Notes under the pieces: generated by a model
Database searches by the model: none
What the model was told of the DNA's origin: nothing
What the model saw: the letters and a program-made list of their open reading frames with translations, nothing else
In this document: positions 38,644-52,009 of the stretch, piece by piece
Layout: each line of letters opens with the position of its first letter
Numbering within the stretch: position 1 is the first letter of the stretch
Translations under genes and position numbers: made by a program
Assembly (NCBI GenBank): GCA_964016885.1
Contig: OZ024766.1
Location: 14,260,001-14,324,000, forward strand
DNA length: 64,000 nt
Direction of reading: 5' to 3'
From: Eledone cirrhosa
Taxonomy: Eukaryota

Positions 38644-41600
38644 CTCACTCTTAGTGCGGCTGTTACTTAAATATAAGTATGTATACGTACATACATATAT
38701 GTATACAGGCGTACAGTAGTATGTATATATATATACATACATGCACACATATATATATGTACGTATGGCACTCAATGACAATGTCACAGATTAAGACAAA
38801 TTCACCTCCTGCTGCAAGACGAGAATACAAGGACCCCTCTTTATTTCAGACACAGATGACCAACAAAATCCCGTCTCCCACACCCCTCCCTGCCCCTCCA
38901 ACCCATCCATCCCACCCTCCCAACTTCAGAGTTGGTACCATGAACGTAGGCACATTGAAAGGTCGCTCAAATGAGGTTGTAGAGATGCTTGAACGTAAAG
39001 AAGTTGATGTTTGTTGTATTCAAGAGACTAGGTGGAGAGGGGGATCTGCCAGATTCATCGTGGGTAAAAAACGATGCTATAAACTTTTCTGGGTGGGAAA
39101 TGACAGCGGACAGGGTAGTGTAGGAATTATGTTAGCTGAAAAATGGGTAGATAAGGTAATGACGTAAATATAGTGAATGACAGAATAATTGAATTAAGAC
39201 TAGTTCTAAATAGAATTACTGTGACAATAATATCTGCTTATGCACCCCAATCTGGTCTCCCTGATGTTATAAAGGACAGGTTCTATGAGATGCTAATGCA
39301 CACTACCTCCCAAATAACCGAAAGTGACTACTTAATTATTGCTAGCGATCTAAACAGTCACGTTGGACAACATAGTGATGGCTATGATGGAATTCATGGA
39401 GGCTATGGGGTTGGAAATAGAAATGAGAAGGGTTTCAGAATCCTGGAATTCTGTGATGCAAATAGCCTAACTATATGTAACACAAACTTAAAAAAACGTG
39501 AATACCACTTGATCACCTATAGATCAGGGGAACACGCCAGCCAGATAGATTATATCCTTACTAGAAGACGGGACAAAATGTCTGTTGTAAACTCTAAATC
39601 CCCCCCCCCCCGTGAAGAATGCACCTCCCAACATCGCCTAGTAGTTAGTGACCTCATAGTGAGGAATAGACGTACTCGACGACAGAGGAGGCCTACCTTG
39701 AGGAGAAGAATATGGAAGTTGAAGGACCCCATAGCCAGTGACAAATGTAAAAGCTTATTATTGGTTGCCTTTGACAATAAGGAAGAGCAATTAGCAAATA
39801 TAGAGGAACAGTGGCAATTCTTGAAAGAGAACCTGCTGAAAGCAACAGATGAAATCTGTGGCTGGAGCAGACCTATTGGCAGGAGGAGAGTAACTTGGTG
39901 GTGGAACAGTGAGGTGGAAGAGACAATCAAGGGCAAAAAGCAGGCTTGGATAGAATGGCAGGATGGGGGGAAGTAGAGAGCACTATCAAGTGGCCAGGAG
40001 AGAAGCTAGGAGACAAGTGTACCTTGCAAAAAGGGTAGCAGAGGATAGAAAGTTCAAGCATGTTCTGCAACGTGAGGACCAAAAACGTGAGGTGTTCAGG
40101 ATTGCTAGACAATGTGTCAAGGAAAACCGTGATATTGTCGGGGAGAAGTGTGTCCGTAATGATAATGGTGTACTTGCGCTCACTGATACTGATAAGCCTG
40201 GAAGTGTCACTACGAGAGACTATTAAATGAGAAGAATAAATGGGAAAAAGACAGTCTGCCCCAAATCGATCCAATAGAAGGACCAGCGGTGCAAGGTAAA
40301 GGTAGTATAATAAGTAAGGCAATCAAAGATATGAAGACAGGCAAGGCAGCTGGGCCTTCGGAGGTAGTTGCTGAGATGTTGAAGGCATCTGGTATGGCGG
40401 GACACACTATGGTCACCTGTATAGTTAATCAAGTAATACAGAATGGGGTCATACCGAAAGACTGGCGTAGCAGCATCATCATTAACTGCTACAAGGGTAA
40501 AGGGGATGCTCTAGATAGGGGAAACTATAGAGGCATTAAGTTAGTTGACCAGGTCATGAAGGTCACAGAAAGAGTAATAGCGCAACTAATCAGAGAGCGA
40601 ATTGATCTAGATGAAATGCAGTTTGGGTTTGTGTCAGGTAAAAGTACCACAGACGCTCTTTTCCTTGTACGACAACTACAAGAGAAGTACCTAGCTAAAA
40701 GTAAGCCCCTCTACTTTGCTTTTGTAGACTTGGAGAAAGCTTTTGACAGAGTCCCCCGCTCCATTATCTGGTGGGCTCTTAGAAAACTAGATGTAGATGA
40801 ATGGCTGGTGAGAGCTATACAAGCTATGTATAATGAAACAGTCAGTAAGGTTAGAATTAACAATGAATATTGTGAAGAATTTAGTGTAAAAGTTGGCATT
40901 CATCAAGGCTCTGTCCTTAGCCCCCTCTTATTTATTATTGCCCTTCAGGCTATAACAGAGGAGTTCAAGACCGGCTGCCCATAGGAACTCCTATACGCAG
41001 ATGATCTAACGCTCATAGTTGAATCAATGGCTGAACTAGAGAAGAAATTCGAAACATGGAAGCATGGCCTAGAATCAAAAGGCCTTAAAGTTAACTTGTC
41101 TAAGACTAAAGTTCTAGTTTGTAGAAAGGAAAATAGGGCACAGGTGCCCTCAAGGAAATGGCCATGCTCAGTGTGTAGGAAAGGAGTAGGCAGAAATTCC
41201 ATTTTATGTCCCAAATGCAAAGTATGGGTACATAAAAGATGTAGTGGGATCACAGGTAAACTATCTAAGAACGTAGACTTTATATGTGGCCAATGCTCAG
41301 GTGCAATAAGTAGCAAGTGTCCAAAGGATACTAGCTCCTTCCATTGCCCAGATGGTTCTATAGAAATAGTAGACACTTTCTGTTACCTGGGTGACGAACT
41401 CAACAGTGGTGGAGGGTGTTCTGAAAGTACAGTAGCCAGAGTCAGAACGGGATGGAAAAAGTTCAGAGAGCTTATACCGCTGTTGGCCACAAAAGGTTTC
41501 TCTCTAAAAATGAAAAGCAGATTGTATGATGCCTGTATACGAACAGCAATGCTACATGGCAGTGAGGCATGGGCATTACGTGCAGAGGACCTGCGTAGAC

Positions 41601-42319
41601 TGGAAAGGAACGAAGCATGCATGCTCCGTTGGATGTGTAATAGTAATATACGTGAACGGCAAAGCATATATGAACTAAGTGAGAAATTAGGAATAAGAGG
41701 GATCAGATGCTGTTTACTTGAGAGAAGACTACATTGGTATGGTCACGTGATGCGCATGAAAGACGACAGTTGTATAAAAAAGTGCAGGGCGATCAAAATT
41801 GATGGTAGTTACGGAGTAGGTAGACCCAGAAAAACCTGGGATGATCTGATAAATTCCGACCTTACATACTTACATCTCTCTAAGACAATGTCTCTGGACC
41901 GAGATCTTTGGTGCTATGCAGTAATACAGAAGACCCGCCTTGCCTATGTACAAAGCGAAACCTACAGTCAGTAGGCACCTCTTAACCAAATATACACCCC
42001 AATCTACTACCCCTACCCTATCCTCCCACTCCCACCAACAGCATGAGAAAATGAAATCGAGTTCGTGTAGGTGTCACGGGAAAGAAAAAAAAACACACAG
42101 TCCACGCTGTAATGTGGTCGTGTAGGTAACACGGTAAAAAGTTCCCAGTTCCACACTGTAAATGTGGTTGGTGTTAGGAAGGGCATCCAGCCGTAGAAAA
42201 CCTGCCAGATAGTTCTATATGAGTGAGACACGGTCACCCGACCAGCCTTGCCTCAACTCCCGTCTAACCCATGCTAGCGTGGGAAATGGACGTTAAACGA
42301 AGATGATGATGATGATGAT
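38641..42319 (+). mobile_element. Near full-length RTE LINE (APE + RT), inactivated
   Basis: VGTMNVGTL, IQETRW, SAYAPQ, SQIDYIL, SQHRLVV, YADD, PHD-like insert, (GAT)n tail. Stops at 39165 and 40982; frameshifts near 39965 and 40195. Confidence 0.93.
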
Positions 42320-42338
42320 ATATATAGGAAAATGTATG

Positions 42339-42434
42339 ACCCCGACAGTAGAGCTCAAGCCGTTTCGACGGCTATTTCTGGACTAAATTAGAATTTTTAG
42401 CCTGGTAAATAAATAGCCGAACTTTTCAAGGGGT
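42339..42434 (-). ncRNA. Type I hammerhead-ribozyme-like motif with UUGAAAA core variant
   Basis: Minus strand: ACCCC-UUGAAAA-G..CGGCUAUUU...AAAUAGCCG.C-GAAA-CGG-(CUUGAGCUCUA)-CUGUC-GGGGU; all three stems pair by eye. Confidence 0.7.
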
Positions 42435-42786
42435 ACTTCCTTATATGGGAAGATTGTAGCTGTCAAGAGGATTGGTCAAAAATTCCTGGTAAACACAATT
42501 AAGTCTATCATGGCAGTGGGTGGGAGGTGGGGATGGCTGAACTTGCCTGTAGAGCAATGAGGGAGTGGTGGAGCCGGTCAAGCGTTGAAAGTGAAATCTA
42601 AACAGCAAATTCTAAGGATTGTGTATGAAAGTAGGCCAACTTTCATACTTTCCACCATGGCGATTGGACTGCATACCCTGCTTTCCAGGTTACCCTTTGC
42701 CACTGATATATATATATTTATATATTGAGTACTCTGGTGCATTATGGTCCTTCTGGTTCCTTACCACACCTCCTTTGTTATATATA

Positions 42787-45700
42787 TATAACGGCGGCAA
42801 AGATTGGAAACCGAATCTGAGCTTTCCCGCCTCTGGGACAAGCCGTGGTAAGTTGTTTACGCTCAAGAGACTAACCCCTTGGGAGAGGCTAAACACAGGT
42901 CAGAGGTGTTTACGCCTGACAGAAAAGGTCAGAGAATATATCCATCTTTCTGAGTTGTTTACGCTTGGCAAACTAATCCCTTGGGAGACTCTAACCAAAG
43001 TTCAGAGGATATATCTATCCTTCTAACTTCAACTCTTATAAATACAGGGGTTGTTTACGCCCCGACAGAAAAGAAGTGATATACAGACAACACAAGTGGC
43101 CTTTACAAGCTCTCGTCACGAAATACACCAGTCCGTCACTAATTTCCTCTCCTGCCTGGCTGATCGATACAACCACATATTCCGTTACAACTGGTGACCC
43201 CGTAAAACAGACACACAACTTCTGATCATCCACTACAAACGATGTCTCTAGCACACGACGATTCATCTACGGCAGAAATGGCAGTGAGGGGGGCATTTAC
43301 ATTAAGAATTCCACCATTCTGGGTGCACGATCTAACACTGTGGTTCGCGCACATCCAAGCGCAGTTCGCATAATAACACACGACCCACCTGTCGCTGCAC
43401 GACCTAGAAGGCTACCACCAGACCGGCTGAAGTCCGTCAAACAAGAATTTCAGCACATGCTGGATCTCGGCATCATACGTCTGTCCTCACCCATACACTG
43501 TGTACCCAAGAAGTCGTCGAACGACTGGCGAATCTGTGGCGACTACCGTGCACTAAACAACTGCACCGTTCCTAACTCTTATCCAGTGCCTCATCTACAG
43601 GACTTCTCTCTAGCTCGCTGCACGGGGCTCGCATATTTTCGAAGATCGATCTTGTGCGAGCTTACAATCAGATACCCGTTGAGCCCGCAGATATTCCAAA
43701 GACCGCTGTCACAACACCCTTTGGAATGTTCGAATTTCTGCGTATGCCTTTCGGTTTGCGAAATGCAGCGCAGACATTCCAGCGATTCATCGATACAGTC
43801 ACCAGGGGTCTACCTTTTGTATACGCATACATTGACGACTTACTGGTGGCCAGCAGCTCCGATGAAGCACATGAGAAACACCTGGATCTCCTATTCACAC
43901 GTTTGCGTGAATATGGAATTGTTATCAACCCCAGCAAATGTGAGTTCGGAGTTGCGTCCCTTCATTTTCTGGGACACATCATTGACAAAGATGGTATTCG
44001 CCCACTTAAGGAGAAATTCAAATCCATCATTGATTTTCCACAACCTATATCTCTCCGCAAACTGCGAGAATTTCTTGGCCTGGTAAACTTCTACAGAAGA
44101 TGTATACCCCACTGTGCAGAGACAGCCCAACCACTCACAGATTTGCTGCGGCAGCGTACAACCAAAAACGCAAACATCAAGCTCAGCGAAAAAGAATATA
44201 CCGCTTTCGCTGAGTTGAAGAAAATGTTGTCCGAGGCTACAATGCTGAGTTACCCCAAACCTGACGCCCCAATGTGTTTATTGACTGATGCATCCGATTT
44301 CGGAGTTGGAGGTGTGCTTCAACAACTCTCTGGCGATATTTGGCGACCTGTATCTTTTTTCTCTAAGCGATTAAAACCCGCCGAAACTAAGTACAGCACA
44401 TTTAGTCGTGAATTATTGGCAGCATACCTTGCTGTCAAGCATTTTCGACACATGCTAAAAGGTCGTGTGTTCTCTATATACACCGACACAAACCACTAGT
44501 GTACGCGTTCAATGCCAAGCCTGACCGACACTCACCCAGGGAGGTCCGACATCTGGACTTCATTTCTCAGTACACTACTGATATTCGGTACATTAAGGGT
44601 GCCACCAACTCAGCAGCTGATGCCCTATCGCGCATGGAGCTTAACGCAATCCACACCACAGCCACTATCGACCTCCAGAAGATTGCAGCGGATCAACAGA
44701 ATGACGAGGAACTGCTGCAACTCCGGAAATCATCCTTGAAATTGAAGGAATGCCCGCTGCCCTCTTCTTCGGGTTATATTTGGTGTGACACCTCCACAGG
44801 CCACGAGCGCCCATACGTGCCCCGGAAACATCGACGCAACGTTTTCTCGACACTGCATTCTCTGGCACATCCTGGCGTCTGCGCCACGCAGAAACTGATG
44901 GTTGCCCGCTTTGTGTGGCCCAACATCAACAAGGACACCCGCGAATGGGCTAGGAACTGCATCGCGTGCCAGAAGGCGAAAATTCACCGGCACATCAAAG
45001 CCCCGATCGCTTCTTTCGCAACACCTGATGCACGGTTCCAACATGTGCATATAGACATAGTTGGACCTTTTCCCCCTTCTCAAAACTACACTCATCTTCT
45101 CACCTGTGTCGACCGATTTTCTCGCTGGCCAGAAGCTTTTCCCCTGACGGATATTACTGCGGAAACTGTCGCCAAAACGCTAGTGTTTCACTGGGTTTCG
45201 CGTTTCGGCACACCCGTGACCATCACTACGGATAGAGGACGTCAGTTCGATTCGAACCTATTTACCGAGCTGACTCGTCTCCTCGGGTGCAAACACATCC
45301 ATACAACAGCGTATCACCCTGCCGCTAACGGCATGGTAGAACGCTTACACCGCCAGCTAAAATCATCTATCAAGGCTTACGAAGACTCCACTAACTGGTT
45401 CGAATACCTCCCACTCATTCTTCTTGGTATTCGTTCCACTGTTAAAGAGGGAGTTGGATATTCTCCGGCTTAAATGGTGTATGGCACCGTACTCACTCTA
45501 CCCGGACAAATGATCACTCCTGTTTCGCCACAAGAACTTCCAGACCCTACAAAATATGTGCACCGTTTACGGTCATCAATGTCGCATCTGTCTCCTTCAG
45601 CCCCTAAACAACAGCACGTTACTTCACACATACCAAAAGACATCGATACATGGACGCATGTTTTCGTTAGAAATGACGGTATTCCATCGCAACTTCGTCC

Positions 45701-47000
45701 GCCGTATTCCGTCCGGGCCCTACAAGGTGATACAGAAATGCCCTAAGTATTTCGTCCTCGACTTGAACGGGAAGCGAAATACCGTCTCCATTGATCGTTT
45801 AAAAAAAGCATTCATAGAACAGGAATTGCCACCAGTACCCACCGTTTCTCCAGACTCACCAACAATTTTGCCCGACACAAACACGGAAAATTCTGCACAC
45901 CAAATCCGGAAGAACAGTCCGATGGCCCACGCCATGGGATACGTACAAGTTTATCGGGTAAGTACAAATTATGCATCTGGTCGACATTTTGGCTAATTTG
46001 TACATTTCAACGAATCGGCCAATTTCTGTGGTCATGAACTATTGCTACACACAAATCAATTAACTCTGTGCATCACCCACATCAAAAGAACAGACAAAAG
46101 AACATTTTTCTGTTTCTATGAAATGAACAAACTTTTAATCAACAAACTTTTCGTACGAACATTTTCAATATTATGTAACATCACAGTACATTTTCCTGAA
46201 TGTAAATTTCTTTTGCTTTGCATGTTTTCTTCCATGTCTCCTGTTTGTAAATGACTTTCATGTGTTTTTTTATTTTTACTGATTTTCTTCAACAACACAC
46301 CTAGTCATACCTATCTTCATTTCACATGCACCTAGATCGTTCAATCTTAACTTGTTTACGCTCAAGAGACTAATCCCTTGGGAGAGGCTAAACGCAGGTC
46401 AGAGGTGTTTACGCCTGACAGAAAATAGGTCAGAGGATATATCCATCTTTATGACTTGTTTACGCTTGGCAAACTAATCCCTTGGGAGACTAACCAAAGT
46501 TTAGAGGATATATCTATCCTTCTAAATCCTACTCTTATAAAGACAGGGATTGTTTACGCCAAAAACAGAAAAGAAGTGGGATACAGACAAGACAAGACGT
46601 TTTACAAGCTCTCGTCACGAAAAATCAGTCTATCACTTATTCTCACCTTCCTGGCTGATCGCTGACTCCTGCAATACAAATAAGTAAATATACTGATACG
46701 CCGCACACACGCATTCATAGTGAGTCCAGCATTTGTACACGGATCATTCATTTCTGTTTACACGTATTATAATCGTATTCTGTGATATTTGAATTTACGT
46801 GGCTCGAAGAGCCACCAAATTATTGTATGAATATTTTGTGTCAATTATTTTATCATTCAATATTCAAATTGAATATTGTTGTAATAAAATAAACTTTGTA
46901 ACAACACTCCTGGTATTTTTCTTTACACCGAAACCACCATACCACCAGTTACATCCATCCATCCACTTGTCGTTACAACCACACATAATATTCCGTTACA
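42787..47000 (+). mobile_element. Gypsy/Ty3 LTR retrotransposon, internally deleted and degenerate
   Basis: 5' LTR ~42787-43189 (TATAACGG...CCGTTACA), PBS-like TGGTGACCCCG at 43192, pol in RT-RNaseH-IN order, diverged 3' LTR 46352-47000. Confidence 0.9.
43242..45930 (+). pseudogene. Gypsy gag stub joined to pol (RT, RNase H, integrase), frameshifted
   Basis: RIPPFWVHDLTLWFAHIQAQF; [32 protein letters not shown] zinc finger, [19 protein letters not shown]. Confidence 0.9.
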
Positions 47001-47141
47001 CCTCCGTCTATATTTCAACCACTGGAACAACCTCACACAAGAAACAGTTGTCGCACCCTCAGTCAACATTTTAATGTCAAACATCGAAATAAATGTTATG
47101 AGTGTATATAGATAAATGTATATTGTGTGTGTATATATATA

Positions 47142-47330
47142 CAGTAATCCCCCGCTATATCGCGGTTCACTTTTCGCAGTCCCGTTACATCGCGGATATT
47201 TCTTTGGAACGTATCTAATTTCCTATCGCGGTAATCCTCGCCACATCGCGGATTATTCGTTAGAACATATCTATTTTCTTATCGCGGTACGTCTGAGTAA
47301 AAAGTGTTTAAAATTTAAACTTATTAAATA
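47142..47330 (+). mobile_element. Tc1/mariner (pogo/Tigger-like) terminal fragment
   Basis: TA-CAGTAATCCCCCGCTATATCGCGG start with repeated ATCGCGG subterminal motifs; the second end was not found. Confidence 0.5.
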
Positions 47331-47502
47331 AGTTTCGATGTTATTAAAGTGTATATCGTAAGGAAGGGACATCTTAAGGCTTTAATTATGAACAAATGTT
47401 TATATTTTCATTCCATTATTGTTTTACTGATTGTGTTTTGCTCTAATCTACTACAAACCCTTCATAGATTGGTCTCTCTAACATGGTTGTTTCTGGAACG
47501 TA

Positions 47503-47690
47503 TCATGGCTTAGTGGTTAAAGCATTGGGCTTGCAATCTAAAGGTTGTGAGTTCGATTCTCGGACAGGGTGTTGTGTTGTGTCCTTGAGCAAGACACTTT
47601 ATTTCACGTTACTCCAGTTTACTCAGCTGTAGAAATGAGTTGTGATGTCACTGGTGCCAAGCTATATCAGTCATAACCTTTCTCTTGGAC
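47503..47690 (+). mobile_element. tRNA-derived SINE
   Basis: TGGCTTAGTGG A box, GAGTTCGATTC B box, GTCCTTGAGCAAGACACTT core. Confidence 0.78.
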
Positions 47691-47762
47691 ATATATATAG
47701 TGTATATATACTGTATAATATATATAGTGTATATATACTGTACACAGTGTATATATATGTAT

Positions 47763-49380
47763 ATCATCATCACTGTTTTACGTCGCTTCTTCCATGGTAG
47801 TATGGGTTAGACAGGTTGTCCTGTTGTGGGCAGTGCCAGGTAGGGTGACCTTGTCTTGCTCAGATGGGAACCGATTCTGGCTTGATTTCTACAGCTGGAT
47901 GCCCTTCCTAACACCAACCTCACAGTGAATGATGGGTGCTTTTTTTTTGTGACACCTCCACGGCCACTTTACAGTGAGAGGGCTGGGGCATATTGTCTAT
48001 GTGCTTCAGCTTGTACCCAGGGGCTAAAACACAACCTCCTCTGCTGCACACAGCATTTGATTCCTCTTATGTTCAGTCTCTCTCTCAATTTGTTAATGCT
48101 TTACGATTCGCGTATATTACTATTACACGTCCATCGGAGCATGCAAGCTTCGTTTCTTTCTAATCTACGCAAGTCTTCTACAGACAGTGCCCAGGTCTCA
48201 CTACCATGTAGCATTGCTGTTCGTATGCACGCATCATACTGTCTGCCTTTCATTTTGAGGGAAAAGCCTTTCGCAGCTAGCAGTGGCAGTAGCTCCCTAA
48301 ACTTCAATCCTGTTACTGTACTTTCAGAACACCCACCTCCGCTGCTCATTTCGCCACCTAGGTAGCAAAAGCTGTCTACTGTTTCTACAGATCTCTCCCA
48401 GAGTTTGGTGGTGCTTGTTTCTTTAGTTCTGCCATAGATTCAGCTATAAGTGCAAGATCATCCATATATAGGAGTTCCTATGGGCATCAGGTCTTAAACT
48501 CCTCTGTTATAGCCTGCAATACTATTATAAACAGAAGAAGGCTAAGAACAGAGCCCTGGTGGACACCGACCAGTATGCTATATTCCTCGCTATAGTAATT
48601 ATTAACTCTAACTTTGCTGTCTGCTCCCCTATACATGGCTTGTACAGCTTTCACAAGCCACTAATCTACTCTTAGTTTTCTAAGAGCCCACCAGATTATA
48701 GCACGGAGCACTCTGTTGAAGAACTTTTCCTTATCGACAAGAGCCAGGTAGAGCGGCTTGCTTTTAGCTAGGTACTTTACCTGTAACTGCCTCACAAGGA
48801 AGAGAGCATCAGTGGTGCTTTTTCCTGGCACAAGCCCAAACTGCATCTCACCTAGTTTTACCCACTCCCTGATCAACTGTGCTATGACTCTTTCGATTAC
48901 TTTCATGACCTGGTCCATCAGCTTTATATCTCTATAGTTTATTCTATCTAGTGCATCTACTTTACCCTTGTAGCAGTTGACGATGATGCTGCTGCACCAA
49001 TCCTTTGGTATGACACCCTCTAGTATTACCTGGTTAACAATATGTGTGGTTATTACTTTATCTACCCATTTGTCAGCTAATAGTATACCTACACCACCCA
49101 TCCCATTGTCATTTCCCACCCAGAAAAATTTATAGCACTAACTTTTGCCTACAAGGACTCTAGCGAACTCTCCTCTCCACCTAGTCTCTTGCACACAGCA
49201 TACGTCAATATCCTTTCACTCTAGCATGTCTATAATTTCTCCTTCCCTTCCTTTCATTGTGCTTATGTTGATGCTGCCGACTCAGAGTTTTGAACATTTG
49301 TGGGAAAAGGTGAATTTTTGCAGGGGAGTGTGTATGCTTCCTGTCTCTGAATTAAAGCTTTGCATGGGTGCTTGGTAACT
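47763..49380 (-). mobile_element. Heavily deleted RTE LINE
   Basis: APE-start, RT and C-terminal relics joined across several internal deletions; 3' tail present. Confidence 0.85.
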
Positions 49381-49470
49381 CGCAGATTCATATTCATTTA
49401 TTTATTCGGGGTTGTTCCATTTATCCTTCGCTCCTCCATACATAACGGTGAACAAGAATTCTTTGGTGCA

Positions 49471-50705
49471 GGGCTAGAAGGACAGTAGTAATAATGGCAG
49501 AATTCGTTGGGGCTGGTAAGGGCTAGAAGGACAGTAGTAATAATGGCAGAGTTTGTTGGGGCTGGTAAGGGCTAGAAGGACAGTAGTAGTAATGGCAGAG
49601 TTTGTTGGGGCTTGTAAGGGTTAGAAGGACAGTAGTAGTAATGGCAGAGTTTGTTGGGGCTGGTAAGGGCTAGAAGGACAGTTGTAGTAATGGCAGAGTT
49701 TGTTGGGGCTTGTAAGGGTTAGAAGGACAGTTGTAGTAATGACAGAGTTTATTGGGGCTGGTAAGGGGTAGAAGGACAGTAGTAGTAATGGCAGAGTTTG
49801 TTGGGGCTGGTAAGGAGTAGAAGGACAGTAGTAGTAATGACAGATTTTGTTGGGGCTGGTAAGGGCTAGAAGGACAGTAGTAGTAATGGCAGTGTTTGTT
49901 GGGGCTGGTAAGGGCTAGAAGGACAGTAGTAGTACTGACAGAGTTTGTTGGGGCTGGTAAGGGGTAGAAGGACAGTAGTAGTAATGGCAGAGTTTGTTGG
50001 GGCTGGTAACGGCTAGAAGGACAGTAGTAGTAATGGCAGAGTTTGTTGGGGGCTGGTAACGGCTAGAAGGACAGTAGTAGTAATGGCAGTGTTTGTTGGG
50101 GGCTGGTAAGGGCTAGAAGGACAGTAGTAGTAATGGCAGAGTTTGTTGGGGGCTGGTAACGGCTAGAAGGACAGTAGTAGTAATGGCAGTGTTTGTTGGG
50201 GGCTGGTAACGGCTAGAAGGACAGTAGTAGTAATGGCAGTGTTTGTTGGGGCTGGTAACGGCTAGAAGGACAGTAGTAGTAATGGCAGAGTTTGTTGGGG
50301 CTGGTAAGGGCTAGAAGGACAGTAGTAGTAATGGCAGTGTTTGTTGGGGGCTGGTAACGGCTAGAAGGACAGTAGTAGTAATGGCAGTGTTTGTTGGGGC
50401 TGGTAACGGCTAGAAGGACAGTAGTAGTAATGGCAGAGTTTGTTGGGGCTGGTAAGGGCTAGAAGGACAGTAGTAGTAATGGCAGTGTTTGTTGGGGGCT
50501 GGTAACGGCTAGAAGGACAGTAGTAGTAATGGCAGAGTTTGTTGGGGCTGGTAACGGCTAGAAGGACAGTAGTAGTAATGGCAGAGTTTGTTGGGGCTGG
50601 TAAGAGCTAGAATGACAGTAGTCGTAATGGCAGAGTGTGTTGGGGCTGGTAAGAGCTAGAAGGACAGTAGTAGTAATGGCAGAGTTTGTTGGGGTTGGTA
50701 ATGGG
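49471..50705. repeat. 49-bp minisatellite (~25 copies)
   Basis: GGGCTAGAAGGACAGTAGTAGTAATGGCAGAGTTTGTTGGGGCTGGTAA, anchors 49471 and 49520. Confidence 0.96.
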
Positions 50706-51603
50706 TAAGGACATGTTGCTGTGGTTTGATTGGTCAAATAGCCAATGGTGGTGAGTGGGAAATTGTGAGATAGGTAGCCATCATGACATATATCATCACA
50801 GGAGATTCGGGGGAAATAAGCAGATATAAGTAGGCCTATTAGAAAAGGCAGATATGCAAGAATTTCGAAGATTGTCACCTAGCTTTGAGAGAAAGGAGAG
50901 GTAATTGCAGGGGTTAGGGATGAATTTGTAGAGAAAGACACAATGTCCAACATGGTTTATATCAAAAACAAGGTTGAAGTATATACATTGTGGAAACAAG
51001 TCAATGATAATAATAATAATAATGTAAACAGAACATTTTGAAATTGGGGAAGAGAGATAGCTGTAGAATAGAAATAATCTATGGAAGTCTGGGATATAAG
51101 TTATATATATATGTTGTGATGTCACTGGTGCCAAGCTGTATCACAGCCATTGCCTTTCCCTTGGACAACATATATAGCGTATAATATATATTGTACACAG
51201 TGTATATATAATATATATATTGTGTATATATACTGTAGACAGTGTATATATGATATATATATAGTATATATATATGTAGTGATGTAACTGGTACCAAGCT
51301 GTATCAGCTATTACCTTTCCCTTGGACAACATCGGTGGCGTGGAGAGGGTAGACTGGTATACTTGGGTGACTGCTGGTCTTCCTCAAACAACTGGACTTG
51401 TGCCTCAGAGGGGAACTTTCTAGTTGCAAATCACATGGTCATTCTTGACCGACAGAGGTCTTCGATATGTTAGGTGTGTATATATAGATGTGTATTGATG
51501 TCCATGTGGGAGTCATTGATACCAATGCTAGGGATGGCTGGTCTTCTATATTACTGTATAACACCAAAGATCTCGATCCTGTGTCATTGTCTTAGAGAAG
51601 TGC

Positions 51604-51912
51604 AATTGTGTGAGGTCAGCTGTTATCACCTCATCCCAGGTCTTCCTACTTCATAGCTTCCATCAATTGTGTCAGGTCACCTTTTATCACCTCATCCCAG
51701 GTCTTCCTACTTCATAGCTTCCATCAATTGTGTCAGGTCACCTTTTATCACCTCATCCTAGGTCTTCCTACTCTATAGCTTCCATCAATTGTGTGAGGTC
51801 AGCTATTATCACCTCATCCCAGGTCTTCCTACTTCATAGCTTCCATAAATTGTGTCAGGTCACCTTTTATCACCTCATCCCAGGTCTTCCTACTTCATAG
51901 CTTCCATCAATT
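51604..51912 (-). repeat. 61-bp tandem repeat (5 copies) from the RTE ORF C-terminus
   Basis: Minus strand reads RKTWDEVI, matching KMTWDEVIK of the RTE at ~34990; continuous with RTE relic 51500-51600. Confidence 0.85.
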
Positions 51913-52009
51913 TTATAAAATACTTGAAAAAAACTTAGAAAAAATGTTAATCAAAATCAAAATTTAATCCCAAAGAGAGGAAATTGGAACATTATCCACT
52001 GAAAGTTGC

